Assembly (NCBI GenBank): GCA_038874075.1
Contig: JAVZDD010000003.1
Location: 25,488 to 89,487, forward strand
DNA length: 64,000 nt
Source: Candidatus Nanoarchaeia archaeon
Lineage (GTDB): Archaea > Nanobdellota > Nanobdellia > Jingweiarchaeales > Jingweiarchaeaceae
Direction of reading: 5' to 3'
The notes under the pieces are model-generated. The model was given only the letters and a program-made list of their open reading frames with translations, was not told where the DNA came from and did no database searches. The position numbers and the translations under genes were made by a program. Numbering within the stretch: the stretch's first letter is position 1; each line of letters starts with the position of its first letter. Of the stretch, positions 40,397 through 50,148 are shown piece after piece.

Positions 40397-43300
40397 TCAC
40401 TTCTTTGTTTTTTCAGCCCTTATCTTTTCAAGTTTTTCATTCAAAATTCTTATCTTGTTCTCCCTTTCAACAATATCTTCTTGATATTTCCTCATCATAT
40501 TCTCAAAGCTCTTCTCATCAATCATTCCCTTGTAATACTGCGCTTCAGTTTTTATCTTCAAATCCTTAAGTTTCTTAATTTCTTCTTCAAATTTTTTTAT
40601 CTCCAACAAAGTTCTCTTTTCTTTGTAGAAAGGTAATCTTATCAAAATAGATCGATAAAAAATCGTGGTAACCAGAAGCCCAATGACAAAAAAATAAAAG
40701 TATTTTTCTAGAAATCCTTTCATCGTCTCTTGTGCTTTGATCACAATTACCTTTGTTCCATGATTTTCATACATGTCCAATGCATTGAAGCTTAATGTAA
40801 AATTACCAATCTCTTTTGTTGTATACTCAGTGGCGTAGATACCACCCTCTTGTTCTATCAGTGGAATGATACCTTGAGGAGAAAAAACAGATACATTTGC
40901 ATTACTTACAACTTCACCATTTTCATAACTTAGCTTTACAACAATCTTAAATTTCTCTTCATATTTTACAATATCTTTTTCAGGAGACAATAACTGTAAA
41001 ATTATGTTAGCTGGTAGTACAACAATTCTTGTGAAATTACCACCACCAAATGTTTTTCCCCCCTCATTTTTTATTACCTGGACAGAAATCATCCAAAATC
41101 CAAGCGCATCATTATAATTAATCGTATAATTTCCATTATAAATTCCATTTTCAATCTCTAATAATGGAACCCCTATTTTTTCTTGTCCATAAATAAATAA
41201 AGTGGCAGTTGCATTTGCCCCGCTTACTGGTAAATAGTTTGTTGTTACATTTACAGTGATATTTATCATTTCACCTCTTTTAAAATTCTGTTCAATTTCA
41301 GGTACTAAAAATGTCACATTGTAAATCGATGTACTCGAAAGCACAACTTCTTTCATCGAACTCCAACTTCCAGCATTTCCAAAATTATCTGTTGCATCTA
41401 CCTTTATTTCCCACATTCCTTCAGGGTCAGAAAAGCTTATCCAATATTGATAATCAAATCTACCATCTTGAGTGGTGTTCAATTTTTTTGATATGCTCCA
41501 ATTCCCATTTTTGAATGTGATTATGACACTAAAATTATTTGTTTTATTGTCAGAATAAAAAACATTGCCAGCAATGCGCATCAGTTCATTTTTCTCATAA
41601 ACATCCTTATCCATCTGCACAAATATATTCAAATTTTGTTTTGTTGTGTAACAGCTTGTGATGATACAACCATATGGACAATTTGTCCTTGATCTTTCTG
41701 CACAAACACCACCAATCGTTGGACAATACCTTTTGACGAGATAGCCAGCATTACAAACTTCAGGACAATCAGCATCTGAACAACAATAAAGTTCACTGCA
41801 CTTCTTTTCAACGCAGACATTGTTCACGCAAATCCTATTCGTTGGACATGGGCAGATTGTGCAATTAAATTCCCAGCTCCCAGATTTGCAAACCATTTGG
41901 TCTTTGCAAGTTCCTTGCGAATAACAAGTATAGTTGCTACAACACTCTGATAAGAAACAAAGATAGTAACCATCCAAACAACATTTTTTTGTATTTTTAT
42001 TATAACAATAGCTACCACAGACTCCCTCTTCGATTGAATTTCCACAGCAACCATAACCACTAATCCAAGTATAATTATAGAAAGAGCAGCAATTCGCATC
42101 GCTTTCAATGACTGATTCGTTACAACAATCTTTCGGGCAATTCAAACTTGTTTCCCCATTATCACAAATACCATCTCCACATGTAGCAGGAGGGATAATA
42201 ATACTAAATGTTCTTTTTTCACTTTCTCTTAAATTTCCAGCCGTATCTCTACATTTAATATACCATGTGTGATTTCCAATCGATATCCCATTTATCGTGA
42301 AAGTAGTTAATGTATTATTGACCACAGATACATTTGTTTGGTTTAAACCCAAATCTAGAAATATATTACAAGTGAATTTTGTGAACATATCATCTGTTGC
42401 GATAAAAGTGAAATTCAGGTTTTGTGATGTAGTTATAGTTGAATTTTCTGGTGAAATTAAATTGATTAAGGGCGCATTGACATCACAAATGAACTTTAGT
42501 CCAATTATACTGTGATTCATGTTTCCAGAAGTATCGTTTGCCCATGTATCTGTCCAATTGTATTCTTTTGATTCAGCACATATTCCAATCCGATAGAATT
42601 CATCTCCATTTCTGTTCGTTGAATAATTTACACTATTTATCGTAAAATAAACAAGAGAAACATTCACATTATCTTTAACCGTCTGATTTAATTTTATTGC
42701 TGAATTGCTGATAGTGGGTGTGGCATTTGCATCCGGATAAATTATCGGCGCTTCTGTGTCTAGTGGTAAAATTGTAATTTGAACTTTTGAAGAGGCTGAA
42801 GTTGGTGAATCTGAATAAATCGAAGTGCCATTACAAGCAATTAAATTTGTTGATGGTTTGTTTGCCAATAGTGTTAAATTTATACTTTTTATTATATTTG
42901 GAGGCACAATTGTGATTAATTCCTTAGGATTTTTTTCTCCAGGTCCCAATAAAATATTTTTATATGGATCAGATTCAGAACCAATGATGTACCAATTAGT
43001 AATATTTGGTGCATATACAGCATAGGGATAGACAAAAATACAGGAGCCACCATCACAGATCATACTACAAGTAATGTTATATGTTGAGCCGTTTATCCAG
43101 TTTTGTGGGGTTGTTGGGTAAGTGAGATTAACTTTTAAAAATCCAAGTGGTGTTTCTGGAACATCAACTTTACTTAGACAGGAATCACTTCCAAAGTAAT
43201 GCGTAAATTGTTTTTGAGAGGAAGTCGGATTAAAGGCATATATCCTCTCTACTAATGTGTAGTTTGCTTCGACCCAATATGCTTCCACGTTACAAGTGCT

Positions 43301-43690
43301 GTTTATTTGTATAACATCGCTGCTAGAGATTTTTGTTTCCGTCGTCTTACAAATTTCATTAATTATACCTTCTTTCTCTTTGTACAATCCAAATGAAACA
43401 TTTATTCCATAACCTCTAAAATATCCAGAGAAATTTATTTTCTCATTTATTAATATACCATTTGCACCTTCTGGAACTTGCTTTCTGAAGGTTAAATTCA
43501 CCGTACTATTTGGTTCTATTCTTATTGTGGTATTTTCGCACGTGCCTAAGCTTGGATATTCTCTACTCAAATACCAAGTGTATGGAAAAGTGCCAACACC
43601 AATTTCATAGTAGGTAGTAGTAGCATACGAGTATCTAATGAACGTAAGTAAAAATAAAAGTGAATATATCAGCAAGATATGCCTTCCCAT
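40397..43690 (-). CDS. 1097-aa type-I anchored surface protein with a Cys-rich core, Ig-like domains, a TM and a conserved K/E-rich cytoplasmic tail
   Basis: ORF track. Signal peptide is MGRHILLIYSLLFLLTFIRYSYA. There are 34 Cys in about 185 aa (TCGDGICDNGETSLNCPKDCC...). TM is FYFFVIGLLVTTIFY. Tail is ...LKIKTEAQYYKGMIDEKSFENMMRKYQEDIVERENKIRIL... Confidence 0.85.
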   Translation of the reverse strand: MGRHILLIYSLLFLLTFIRYSYATTTYYEIGVGTFPYTWYLSREYPSLGTCENTTIRIEPNSTVNLTFRKQVPEGANGILINEKINFSGYFRGYGINVSFGLYKEKEGIINEICKTTETKISSSDVIQINSTCNVEAYWVEANYTLVERIYAFNPTSSQKQFTHYFGSDSCLSKVDVPETPLGFLKVNLTYPTTPQNWINGSTYNITCSMICDGGSCIFVYPYAVYAPNITNWYIIGSESDPYKNILLGPGEKNPKELITIVPPNIIKSINLTLLANKPSTNLIACNGTSIYSDSPTSASSKVQITILPLDTEAPIIYPDANATPTISNSAIKLNQTVKDNVNVSLVYFTINSVNYSTNRNGDEFYRIGICAESKEYNWTDTWANDTSGNMNHSIIGLKFICDVNAPLINLISPENSTITTSQNLNFTFIATDDMFTKFTCNIFLDLGLNQTNVSVVNNTLTTFTINGISIGNHTWYIKCRDTAGNLRESEKRTFSIIIPPATCGDGICDNGETSLNCPKDCCNESVIESDANCCSFYNYTWISGYGCCGNSIEEGVCGSYCYNKNTKKCCLDGYYLCFLSECCSNYTCYSQGTCKDQMVCKSGSWEFNCTICPCPTNRICVNNVCVEKKCSELYCCSDADCPEVCNAGYLVKRYCPTIGGVCAERSRTNCPYGCIITSCYTTKQNLNIFVQMDKDVYEKNELMRIAGNVFYSDNKTNNFSVIITFKNGNWSISKKLNTTQDGRFDYQYWISFSDPEGMWEIKVDATDNFGNAGSWSSMKEVVLSSTSIYNVTFLVPEIEQNFKRGEMINITVNVTTNYLPVSGANATATLFIYGQEKIGVPLLEIENGIYNGNYTINYNDALGFWMISVQVIKNEGGKTFGGGNFTRIVVLPANIILQLLSPEKDIVKYEEKFKIVVKLSYENGEVVSNANVSVFSPQGIIPLIEQEGGIYATEYTTKEIGNFTLSFNALDMYENHGTKVIVIKAQETMKGFLEKYFYFFVIGLLVTTIFYRSILIRLPFYKEKRTLLEIKKFEEEIKKLKDLKIKTEAQYYKGMIDEKSFENMMRKYQEDIVERENKIRILNEKLEKIRAEKTKK

Positions 43691-43742
43691 AAACTTACTT
43701 AATTAAGTAAAGTATATATTTTTAGTTTTTCATTCTTAAATT

Positions 43743-44474
43743 ATGACACTTGTAAGTTCTGGAATTCCTGGACTCGATGAGCTGGTTTATGGCGGAATTG
43801 AAAGAGGTTCGATTGTTCTCGTGAGCGGCAGCTGTGGAGCCGGTAAAACGATATTTGGTATGCAATTTATTTATGAAGCATTAAACAGAGGTGAGAAATG
43901 TGCTTTTATTTCATTAGAAGAACCGGTTGAAAGAGTTAGAAAGTATTTTTCAAAATTTGGATATGAGATAAATAAATTTGAGAAAGAGAAGAAACTCCTC
44001 ATTCTACATATCGAACCAAATGAAATCGCTTCAAAAATTGAATTCCAGACAAAGAAAAAGAAGATGCTGGCAGTAAACATAAGACAGACACCGATATTCT
44101 TCTCAAAAGAAGATAAGATTGATCGGATCGTAATAGATTCAGTATCAGCGCTTGAATCAGCATTTACAGAAAAAAAGACATATCGTCTTTATATTCACGA
44201 GTTATTCAAAAATCTTCGTAGCACAGGAGCAACTTGTCTTGTTTTAACTGAGACATATGGAAAAGAGGATAGATACAGTAGGAGTGGTGTCGAAGAATTC
44301 TTAGCAGATGGAGTCATCGTTCTATATCACTTCAAACATGGAAATCAAAGATTAAGGGCAATTGAAATAGTAAAAATGCGTGGGAGCAAACATTCGAATA
44401 AGATAGTACCCTTCAATATCACTGAAAATGGTATAAAGGTATATCCAACAGAAGAGGTTTATACTAATCTTTGA
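43743..44474 (+). CDS. KaiC/RecA-superfamily single-domain ATPase (paralog 1)
   Basis: GIPGLDELVYGGIERGSIVLVSGSCGAGKT (Walker A) and RIVIDSVSALE (Walker B-like). 243 aa. Confidence 0.8.
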   Translation: MTLVSSGIPGLDELVYGGIERGSIVLVSGSCGAGKTIFGMQFIYEALNRGEKCAFISLEEPVERVRKYFSKFGYEINKFEKEKKLLILHIEPNEIASKIEFQTKKKKMLAVNIRQTPIFFSKEDKIDRIVIDSVSALESAFTEKKTYRLYIHELFKNLRSTGATCLVLTETYGKEDRYSRSGVEEFLADGVIVLYHFKHGNQRLRAIEIVKMRGSKHSNKIVPFNITENGIKVYPTEEVYTNL

Positions 44475-45147
44475 AGAGTATGCCAATGAACTTTATTCCT
44501 TCTTTTGTTAACTTAAATTCGAACCAACTTGTTTCATGGAAGAATCCTTTTATGTAGAGAATTCTAAAAAATCTACTTACACCTTCACTCTCATCACTAA
44601 TTTTGAATTCAAATACCCCATCAAAAAAGTAACTTAACATGTCTATCACTTCTTTTGGATGTATTGTTTCTAGCAAAAAGAACGCACATATCTTATTCTC
44701 CTCGAATTTTTCGATCTGATCTTGGATGAATTTTAATGTCTGCTCAGCTCCGTTATATATAATTGATGTTGAGAGTGTATCAAAAAAGAAATAGAATTTA
44801 CCTATTTCACTTATTTTTTCACTGATTAAAATACTGAGTTCATTCAAGTTTCTTATGTCAACTACATTTTCTTCACCATGTTTTTTTGCCTCTGCACAAA
44901 TGAAATAAAGCAAATTATTTTTTTCATACTCACTTAAATTCCAGTTAAATTCTCTCTTCACAATTTCTTTTATTTCTTCCGGCGAATCTTCAGTACAGAC
45001 ATAAACGCATTTTTTACCTTTGTCTAAAAAATCCTTCATCAAACTCAAACAGAAGGAGCTCTTACCGCTTCCGCTTGGTCCACGTAATAAATAAATGTCT
45101 TCTTTGAACCCACCTTGTATTAATTTGTTTAAGTCATTCAACACCAT
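44464..45147 (-). CDS. KaiC/RecA-superfamily single-domain ATPase (divergent paralog 2)
   Basis: LLRGPSGSGKSSFCLSL (Walker A) and YFFFDTLSTSI. It is convergent with paralog 1, with an 11-nt overlap. Confidence 0.7.
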   Translation of the reverse strand: MVLNDLNKLIQGGFKEDIYLLRGPSGSGKSSFCLSLMKDFLDKGKKCVYVCTEDSPEEIKEIVKREFNWNLSEYEKNNLLYFICAEAKKHGEENVVDIRNLNELSILISEKISEIGKFYFFFDTLSTSIIYNGAEQTLKFIQDQIEKFEENKICAFFLLETIHPKEVIDMLSYFFDGVFEFKISDESEGVSRFFRILYIKGFFHETSWFEFKLTKEGIKFIGILFKD

Positions 45148-45193
45148 GTTAAAATAAATAACTTATAAATATATAAAAAATGTTATTTTAGAT

Positions 45194-45883
45194 ATGGCAA
45201 GAGTACCAAGCGGTATTCCTGGTCTTGATAGGTTCATCGGCAATGGTTTTGTTCCAGGTTCTATAAACTTAGTGACTGGAAAGACAGGAACTGGAAAATC
45301 AATTTTCTGCGGACAATTCATTTACAAAGGAGCAATGGATTACAACGAACCTGGAATTTACATCACAACAGAGCAAACAGCCAATGAACTTCGAGGTGAT
45401 TTTAAAGAATCATTTGGTTGGGATTTTGCAATGCTAGAAAGAATGGGTAAAGTTGCGATACTTGAAGTTAAACCATACGAGATTAGACCGCTGATAAACA
45501 TATTGGAAAGTGTAATCACGAAGATAGGCGCAAGAAGGGCAGTTATAGATTCCGAAACTGTGTTCGGTCTTTACTTGAAAGATAAATACTTGGCAAGAAA
45601 GGAAATGTGGGAAGTGATGAATATATTAAAAGAATATGGTATTACAACACTTATCACTGCACAGATCCTTGAGGAGAGTGAGGGGTTAAGTAGGTTTGGC
45701 GTAATTGAATTTATGGTTGATTCAATCATCGTGCTTCGCTATATGGCATTAGCAGAAAAATTTAAAAGAAATTTAACAATAAGAAAAATGAGAAGGACGA
45801 AGCACAGCGAAGAAATTCATCCGATTGTAATATCAAATCAAGGAATTGTTGTTTATTCTCCATCAGAAGCGCTGGGTAAGTGA
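45194..45883 (+). CDS. KaiC/RecA-superfamily single-domain ATPase (paralog 3)
   Basis: GIPGLDRFIGNGFVPGSINLVTGKTGTGKS and RAVIDSETVF. 229 aa. Confidence 0.8.
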   Translation: MARVPSGIPGLDRFIGNGFVPGSINLVTGKTGTGKSIFCGQFIYKGAMDYNEPGIYITTEQTANELRGDFKESFGWDFAMLERMGKVAILEVKPYEIRPLINILESVITKIGARRAVIDSETVFGLYLKDKYLARKEMWEVMNILKEYGITTLITAQILEESEGLSRFGVIEFMVDSIIVLRYMALAEKFKRNLTIRKMRRTKHSEEIHPIVISNQGIVVYSPSEALGK

Positions 45884-47212
45884 TTAAATACTATTCATTA
45901 TTCCGCGAGCAGCGATGATGCCAGTCGCGGCTGCACCAACGATTCCCCTACTCACTCCAGCGCCATCGCCAGCAACATAAACATTTTTAATATTTGTCTC
46001 AAGATTCTTGTCTGTGATCACACGCATCGCGTAAAATTTTATTTCAGGCGCATACAATATTGTGGAATCGTCTGAGACACCAGGTATTACTCTGTCTAAT
46101 TTGTCCAGACCTTCAACAATGTCGGTTACGATTCGATGTGGTAAAGCCATGCTTATATCACCTGGTGTGGCATCTAAGAGTGTTGGCGAAACATTACTTC
46201 TCTTTATTCTTTCCCATGTACTTCTCTTTCCAGATCTTAAATCAACAAGTCTTTGAATTAATGGTTTGCCGCCACCAATTGTTGTTGTTAACTTAGCAAT
46301 ACTCTCACCATATGCATGTGTGTTTTCAACTGGTTGAGTCAAATTTACTTGGACAAGAAATGCGAAGTTTGTGTTTTGAGTTCTTATGTCCTTCCTAGAG
46401 TGACCATTTACCAAGACATATTTTTCATACTCTTCCTTTATTACATAACCATAAGGTGAAGTGCAAAATGTTCTTACAAAATCATCATATGTTGGTGTTC
46501 TTATGTGGAACTTTGGATCCCAATTCACACTCGTTACTTCTTCCATCACTTTTGCCGGCACTTCCACTCTTACGCCGACATCAACAGGATTGAACTTTTT
46601 CTTTATTCCCAACTTTTCAGAAATTTTTTCGAGCCAATTTGAATTGCTTCTCCCACAAGCGATTATTAGTTTATCAAAATTTATCTTTTCATTTTTACCA
46701 TTTCTTTTATATGACACGTATCGCTCTTTATTAATCACTAAATCAGTAGCTTCACAATTTATTAGAAATTTTACACCATTTTTTTCCAATTTTGTTTTAA
46801 TCGATTCGATTACTTTTGGTAAACAATCAGAACCAATATGGAGCTGGTCTGTTGGGATAAATTTTATCCCAGCTTTTATTGATCTCCTCTCAAGTTCATC
46901 TTCCATTCTCTTGTTATTTAAATCTTCATTCTCGACTCCGTTTTCAAGGAATATCTCTTTAATGTAATCTAATAATTTTCTTGCTTCATCGTCATGCATA
47001 AATTCATATAAATTCCCGCCAACCATTGGACTAAAAATTAGCTTTCCATCTGAGAAAAGACCCGCACCACCAATACCATAAAAAACATTTTGTGTCCTAT
47101 CCTTAACATCATTCCCCTTTTCGAGGATGATGACTTCTATGTTTTTGTTCTTAGAAAGCTCATGTGCAGCAAATAGACCAGCAGGTCCAGCTCCAATGAT
47201 GCAGACTCTCAA
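45884..47212 (-). CDS. FAD-dependent oxidoreductase (COG2509-like uncharacterised FAD-dependent dehydrogenase)
   Basis: N-terminal Rossmann motif MRVCIIGAGPAGLFAAHEL. C-terminal GDGAGVSRGIVGAAATG. Confidence 0.8.
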   Translation of the reverse strand: MRVCIIGAGPAGLFAAHELSKNKNIEVIILEKGNDVKDRTQNVFYGIGGAGLFSDGKLIFSPMVGGNLYEFMHDDEARKLLDYIKEIFLENGVENEDLNNKRMEDELERRSIKAGIKFIPTDQLHIGSDCLPKVIESIKTKLEKNGVKFLINCEATDLVINKERYVSYKRNGKNEKINFDKLIIACGRSNSNWLEKISEKLGIKKKFNPVDVGVRVEVPAKVMEEVTSVNWDPKFHIRTPTYDDFVRTFCTSPYGYVIKEEYEKYVLVNGHSRKDIRTQNTNFAFLVQVNLTQPVENTHAYGESIAKLTTTIGGGKPLIQRLVDLRSGKRSTWERIKRSNVSPTLLDATPGDISMALPHRIVTDIVEGLDKLDRVIPGVSDDSTILYAPEIKFYAMRVITDKNLETNIKNVYVAGDGAGVSRGIVGAAATGIIAARGIMNSI

Positions 47213-47272
47213 AGTATTCCCTCAATTTTCAAGAATTTACCAATATTTAAATTTTATTTAACACAATTTTTA

Positions 47273-47968
47273 TTAAAGCTTAGAAGGTGAGATTTCCCTG
47301 ATTCTTCTTGGCTTTAAGAAGTAATCTAAAATTAGCCAACTTACGAAACAAAATATTAGATATAACAATAAGTTAATTAAAGATTCCTGTGCCCTCAAAA
47401 ATAAAAATTCTTCTATTTCCATCAATCCATAATGAATAATAAACATTGCATAGAGATAGCGAAACATAATTGACAGAACCATAATTATCACCACAATTTT
47501 TAGAAAACCAACGAATATTCCATTTATTTTCTTACTTTTATTGCATTCAAACCCATGTTCATCAATTAATACTATTTTCCCATTTTTTTCCAATCTGAAA
47601 TGATAATTTCTTTTACATCTATCACATTCTAATTCTGTATCAACATTATCCTTTGATAAATCAATATAAATAGTGCCATAATCACAATAAGCGCATGGAA
47701 TCCTGTATTCGCTACCAAATTTCTCTATTTTTCTCATGTTGGGCTTAGGTTTCGCTCCTTTGATGATATCCCCGATCATTGAAAAAAGTAAAATAAATAC
47801 AGGTGCTGTTGATGACAGATAACCAGCAAACAAAATGAAGGAAGAGGCGTAAGAATAGTATCCAATTTTTATGAGTAATAAGTATACAAGCCATACGAAG
47901 AAGCTAATGATAAAACAAATGGTTTCTATCCTATTTCTTAGGTTGGAGATGATGCTATTTAAATTCAT
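47273..47968 (-). CDS. Multi-TM membrane protein with a central 4-Cys zinc ribbon
   Basis: ORF track, but I moved the start to Met13 (MNLNSII, ATG at 47968) because the listed first 12 codons overlap tRNA-Leu. Zinc ribbon is CAYCDYG...CDRCKRNY. Confidence 0.65.
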   Translation of the reverse strand: MNLNSIISNLRNRIETICFIISFFVWLVYLLLIKIGYYSYASSFILFAGYLSSTAPVFILLFSMIGDIIKGAKPKPNMRKIEKFGSEYRIPCAYCDYGTIYIDLSKDNVDTELECDRCKRNYHFRLEKNGKIVLIDEHGFECNKSKKINGIFVGFLKIVVIIMVLSIMFRYLYAMFIIHYGLMEIEEFLFLRAQESLINLLLYLIFCFVSWLILDYFLKPRRIREISPSKL

Positions 47969-47971
47969 AAA

Positions 47972-48057
47972 TGCGGAGGGAGGGATTCGAACCCTCGCGG
48001 GCACTAAGCCACAGGAGCCTCAGTCCTGCGCGTTGGACCTAGCTTCGCTACCTCCGC
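47972..48057 (-). tRNA. tRNA-Leu (GAG), long variable arm
   Basis: Reverse complement is GCGGAGGTAGCGAAGCTAGGTCCAACGCGCAGGACTGAGGCTCCTGTGGCTTAGTGCCCGCGAGGGTTCGAATCCCTCCCTCCGCA. Anticodon arm is CAGGA-CTGAGGC-TCCTG. Confidence 0.9.
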
Positions 48058-48058
48058 T

Positions 48059-48175
48059 TTATGCTACTTTCTTCCTCTCTTGCTCGTGCTTTCTCTTTCT
48101 TTCCCTTAATCTCTTTTTTCTTGTTCTCCACCTACAAGTTTTGTATTTTTTCCAGTGTCTTGAACTTCTCTTCAT
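48059..48175 (-). CDS. rpl41e: Ribosomal protein eL41 (L41e), 38 aa; below the ORF-track cut-off
   Basis: Hand translation: MKRSSRHWKKYKTCRWRTRKKRLRERKRKHEQERKKVA. This resembles the archaeal L41e pattern KRSSR.WKK...RW..KKRLRRLKRERK. The stop codon lies 1 nt from tRNA-Leu. Confidence 0.65.
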   Translation of the reverse strand: MKRSSRHWKKYKTCRWRTRKKRLRERKRKHEQERKKVA

Positions 48176-48218
48176 TTTTTCACCAAACCAAATAAAAACT
48201 ACCAATATTAATATATTT

Positions 48219-49370
48219 TCATTTGTTTTTTAATTTTTTACATATCTTCAAGAATTTTTCTGCTATTCTTTCAGGATCAAATTTGCTTACATACCTTGGT
48301 AAGTAATCGATAAGCTTCCTTCTGGTCTTTTCGTCCATGATCATTCTCATTTTTTTCGCCAAGTCCTCAGCATCTCCAGCATTGAACAAAAATCCATTTT
48401 TACCATCCTTGACCATTTCTTTTGAACCACCTATGTTTGAACCTATTACTGGTAATCCACACGCCATCGCCTCGATAAAAACAAGTCCTTGCGTTTCTGT
48501 ATCGCTAGCAGATACAAATGCATCACAACTATGATAAAAAGAAGCAACATCCTCATCCCTTACGAAACCTGCAAATCTAATATTTTTTATTTCAAGCCTT
48601 TTGCTCAATTTCTTACATCTGTTTAAATCAGGACCAGTTCCAGCAATTAAGAGGTAAATATTTTCTTCTTCAATCTTCTTAAATGCATTTAATAATATTT
48701 CCATCCTTTTTTCGAAACTTACCCGGCCAAAGTAAAGGAAAACAAATGCATTTTTTGGTATGTTCATTTTTTCTCTTATGTTTTTTATTTTATATGACCT
48801 GAATCTACTTACATCAATGCCACTCGGTAATACTTCTATTCGTTTAAAACCATTCTTTATTAAAAGCTTCTTAATTTCTTCGGTGGGTGCGATTATTCGA
48901 TCAAATTCCATATAAAATGTCTTAAGATATGACCAACTCGGTTTGTTTAAGAAGAACATTACCATTTTCTTTGGTACACCTTTGAACACATGGGGCGCGT
49001 ATTCATCGTACCTTGTGTGTAATATACCTATCATTGGTTTTTTCGTTTTTTTAGCAAAATATTTTCCAAGAAAACCGATCGGAAATGGGTCTTGTACATA
49101 AAAAATATCAATGTCTTCCTTTATTAAATCATCACATATTTTTATAAGGTCGAGACCTGCTACATACATACCTGGATAAAAAATAAATGGATATGACTTA
49201 ATTCGATATACTTTTGTTCCTAACCACTCTTCTTTTTTCGTTGATTTGCCTGGGGCAAATATAATTACATCCACATTCTTTTTCTTTAGTGCTTTCGTTA
49301 ATTCACATATTGATGTAACTACACCATTTTTTTGAGGGAGGAATGTATCCGTGAAAATTCCCACTTTCAT
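48219..49370 (-). CDS. Glycosyltransferase family 4 (GT-B, group 1)
   Basis: MKVGIFTDTFLPQKNGV... and the E..G....EAMA.G.PV signature (TETQGLVFIEAMACGLPVIGSNIGG). Confidence 0.85.
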   Translation of the reverse strand: MKVGIFTDTFLPQKNGVVTSICELTKALKKKNVDVIIFAPGKSTKKEEWLGTKVYRIKSYPFIFYPGMYVAGLDLIKICDDLIKEDIDIFYVQDPFPIGFLGKYFAKKTKKPMIGILHTRYDEYAPHVFKGVPKKMVMFFLNKPSWSYLKTFYMEFDRIIAPTEEIKKLLIKNGFKRIEVLPSGIDVSRFRSYKIKNIREKMNIPKNAFVFLYFGRVSFEKRMEILLNAFKKIEEENIYLLIAGTGPDLNRCKKLSKRLEIKNIRFAGFVRDEDVASFYHSCDAFVSASDTETQGLVFIEAMACGLPVIGSNIGGSKEMVKDGKNGFLFNAGDAEDLAKKMRMIMDEKTRRKLIDYLPRYVSKFDPERIAEKFLKICKKLKNK

Positions 49371-49407
49371 TTTATTTCAAAAATAGTTTCCTAAATAAAA
49401 AATTTTG

Positions 49408-50115
49408 TTATCTAACCACAGTGTATTTGGTCCTTCCTTTTTTGAATAACATGTAATTTATCCATGAAATCAGATGGTAGGTAAAGAATTTCGCATGCCC
49501 CCATCTTCTCATCCTTCTTAATGAAGTTTTCACATATGTACTGTTAACATATACAAATTTACCGTATTTTTTTGCCCTTTCACAAAAATCTAAATCTTCA
49601 TTTGTTTTCATTTCTTCATTAAAACCACCAACATCATCAAAAATTTTTTTCCTAACACATAAACATACACCAGCCACCTGTGGTGTTAAAAACTGGAAAA
49701 TGAGACTAATTCTGACTAAAAAATTGTATAGGATTAAACCAACATGTTCGAAAATTGTTGGTTTTTCCTTTGCTTTCATTTCAACTGTTGCGCCGATTAT
49801 ATCTCCACCTTCCAGCGCTTCATTTAACTTTTTTAACAAATTTGGTGCAACAACTGTATCAGCATCCGTAAAAAGAAGCAACTCACCCTTTGCAATCTTT
49901 GCACCCTTATTTCTTCCAGCACCTATACTCTTATCCATTGAAGAAATTACTTTACTCGTGTATTTTTTTGCTATCTTTACTGTATTATCACTGCTCAAAC
50001 CATCCGCAACGATTATCTCGTAGTCTTTAAAATCTTGTTTTTTGAAACTCAATAGACATTCCTCAATGTGCTTTTCCTCGTTCAATGTCGGTATGATAAC
50101 TGATATTTTTACCAA
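49408..50115 (-). CDS. Glycosyltransferase family 2
   Basis: ISVIIPTLNEEKHIEECLLS, ADGLSSDNT, and DAD in LLLFTDADTVV. Confidence 0.85.
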   Translation of the reverse strand: MVKISVIIPTLNEEKHIEECLLSFKKQDFKDYEIIVADGLSSDNTVKIAKKYTSKVISSMDKSIGAGRNKGAKIAKGELLLFTDADTVVAPNLLKKLNEALEGGDIIGATVEMKAKEKPTIFEHVGLILYNFLVRISLIFQFLTPQVAGVCLCVRKKIFDDVGGFNEEMKTNEDLDFCERAKKYGKFVYVNSTYVKTSLRRMRRWGHAKFFTYHLISWINYMLFKKGRTKYTVVR

Positions 50116-50148
50116 CTTGGATCCTATAATTTACAATTAATTCACAAC

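Noticed and set aside
47969-48004. First 12 codons (MPARVRIPPSAF) of the listed ORF 47273-48004
   Set aside because: These codons are the reverse-strand reading of the tRNA-Leu T-arm and acceptor. The downstream Met (47968) gives a start just outside the tRNA.
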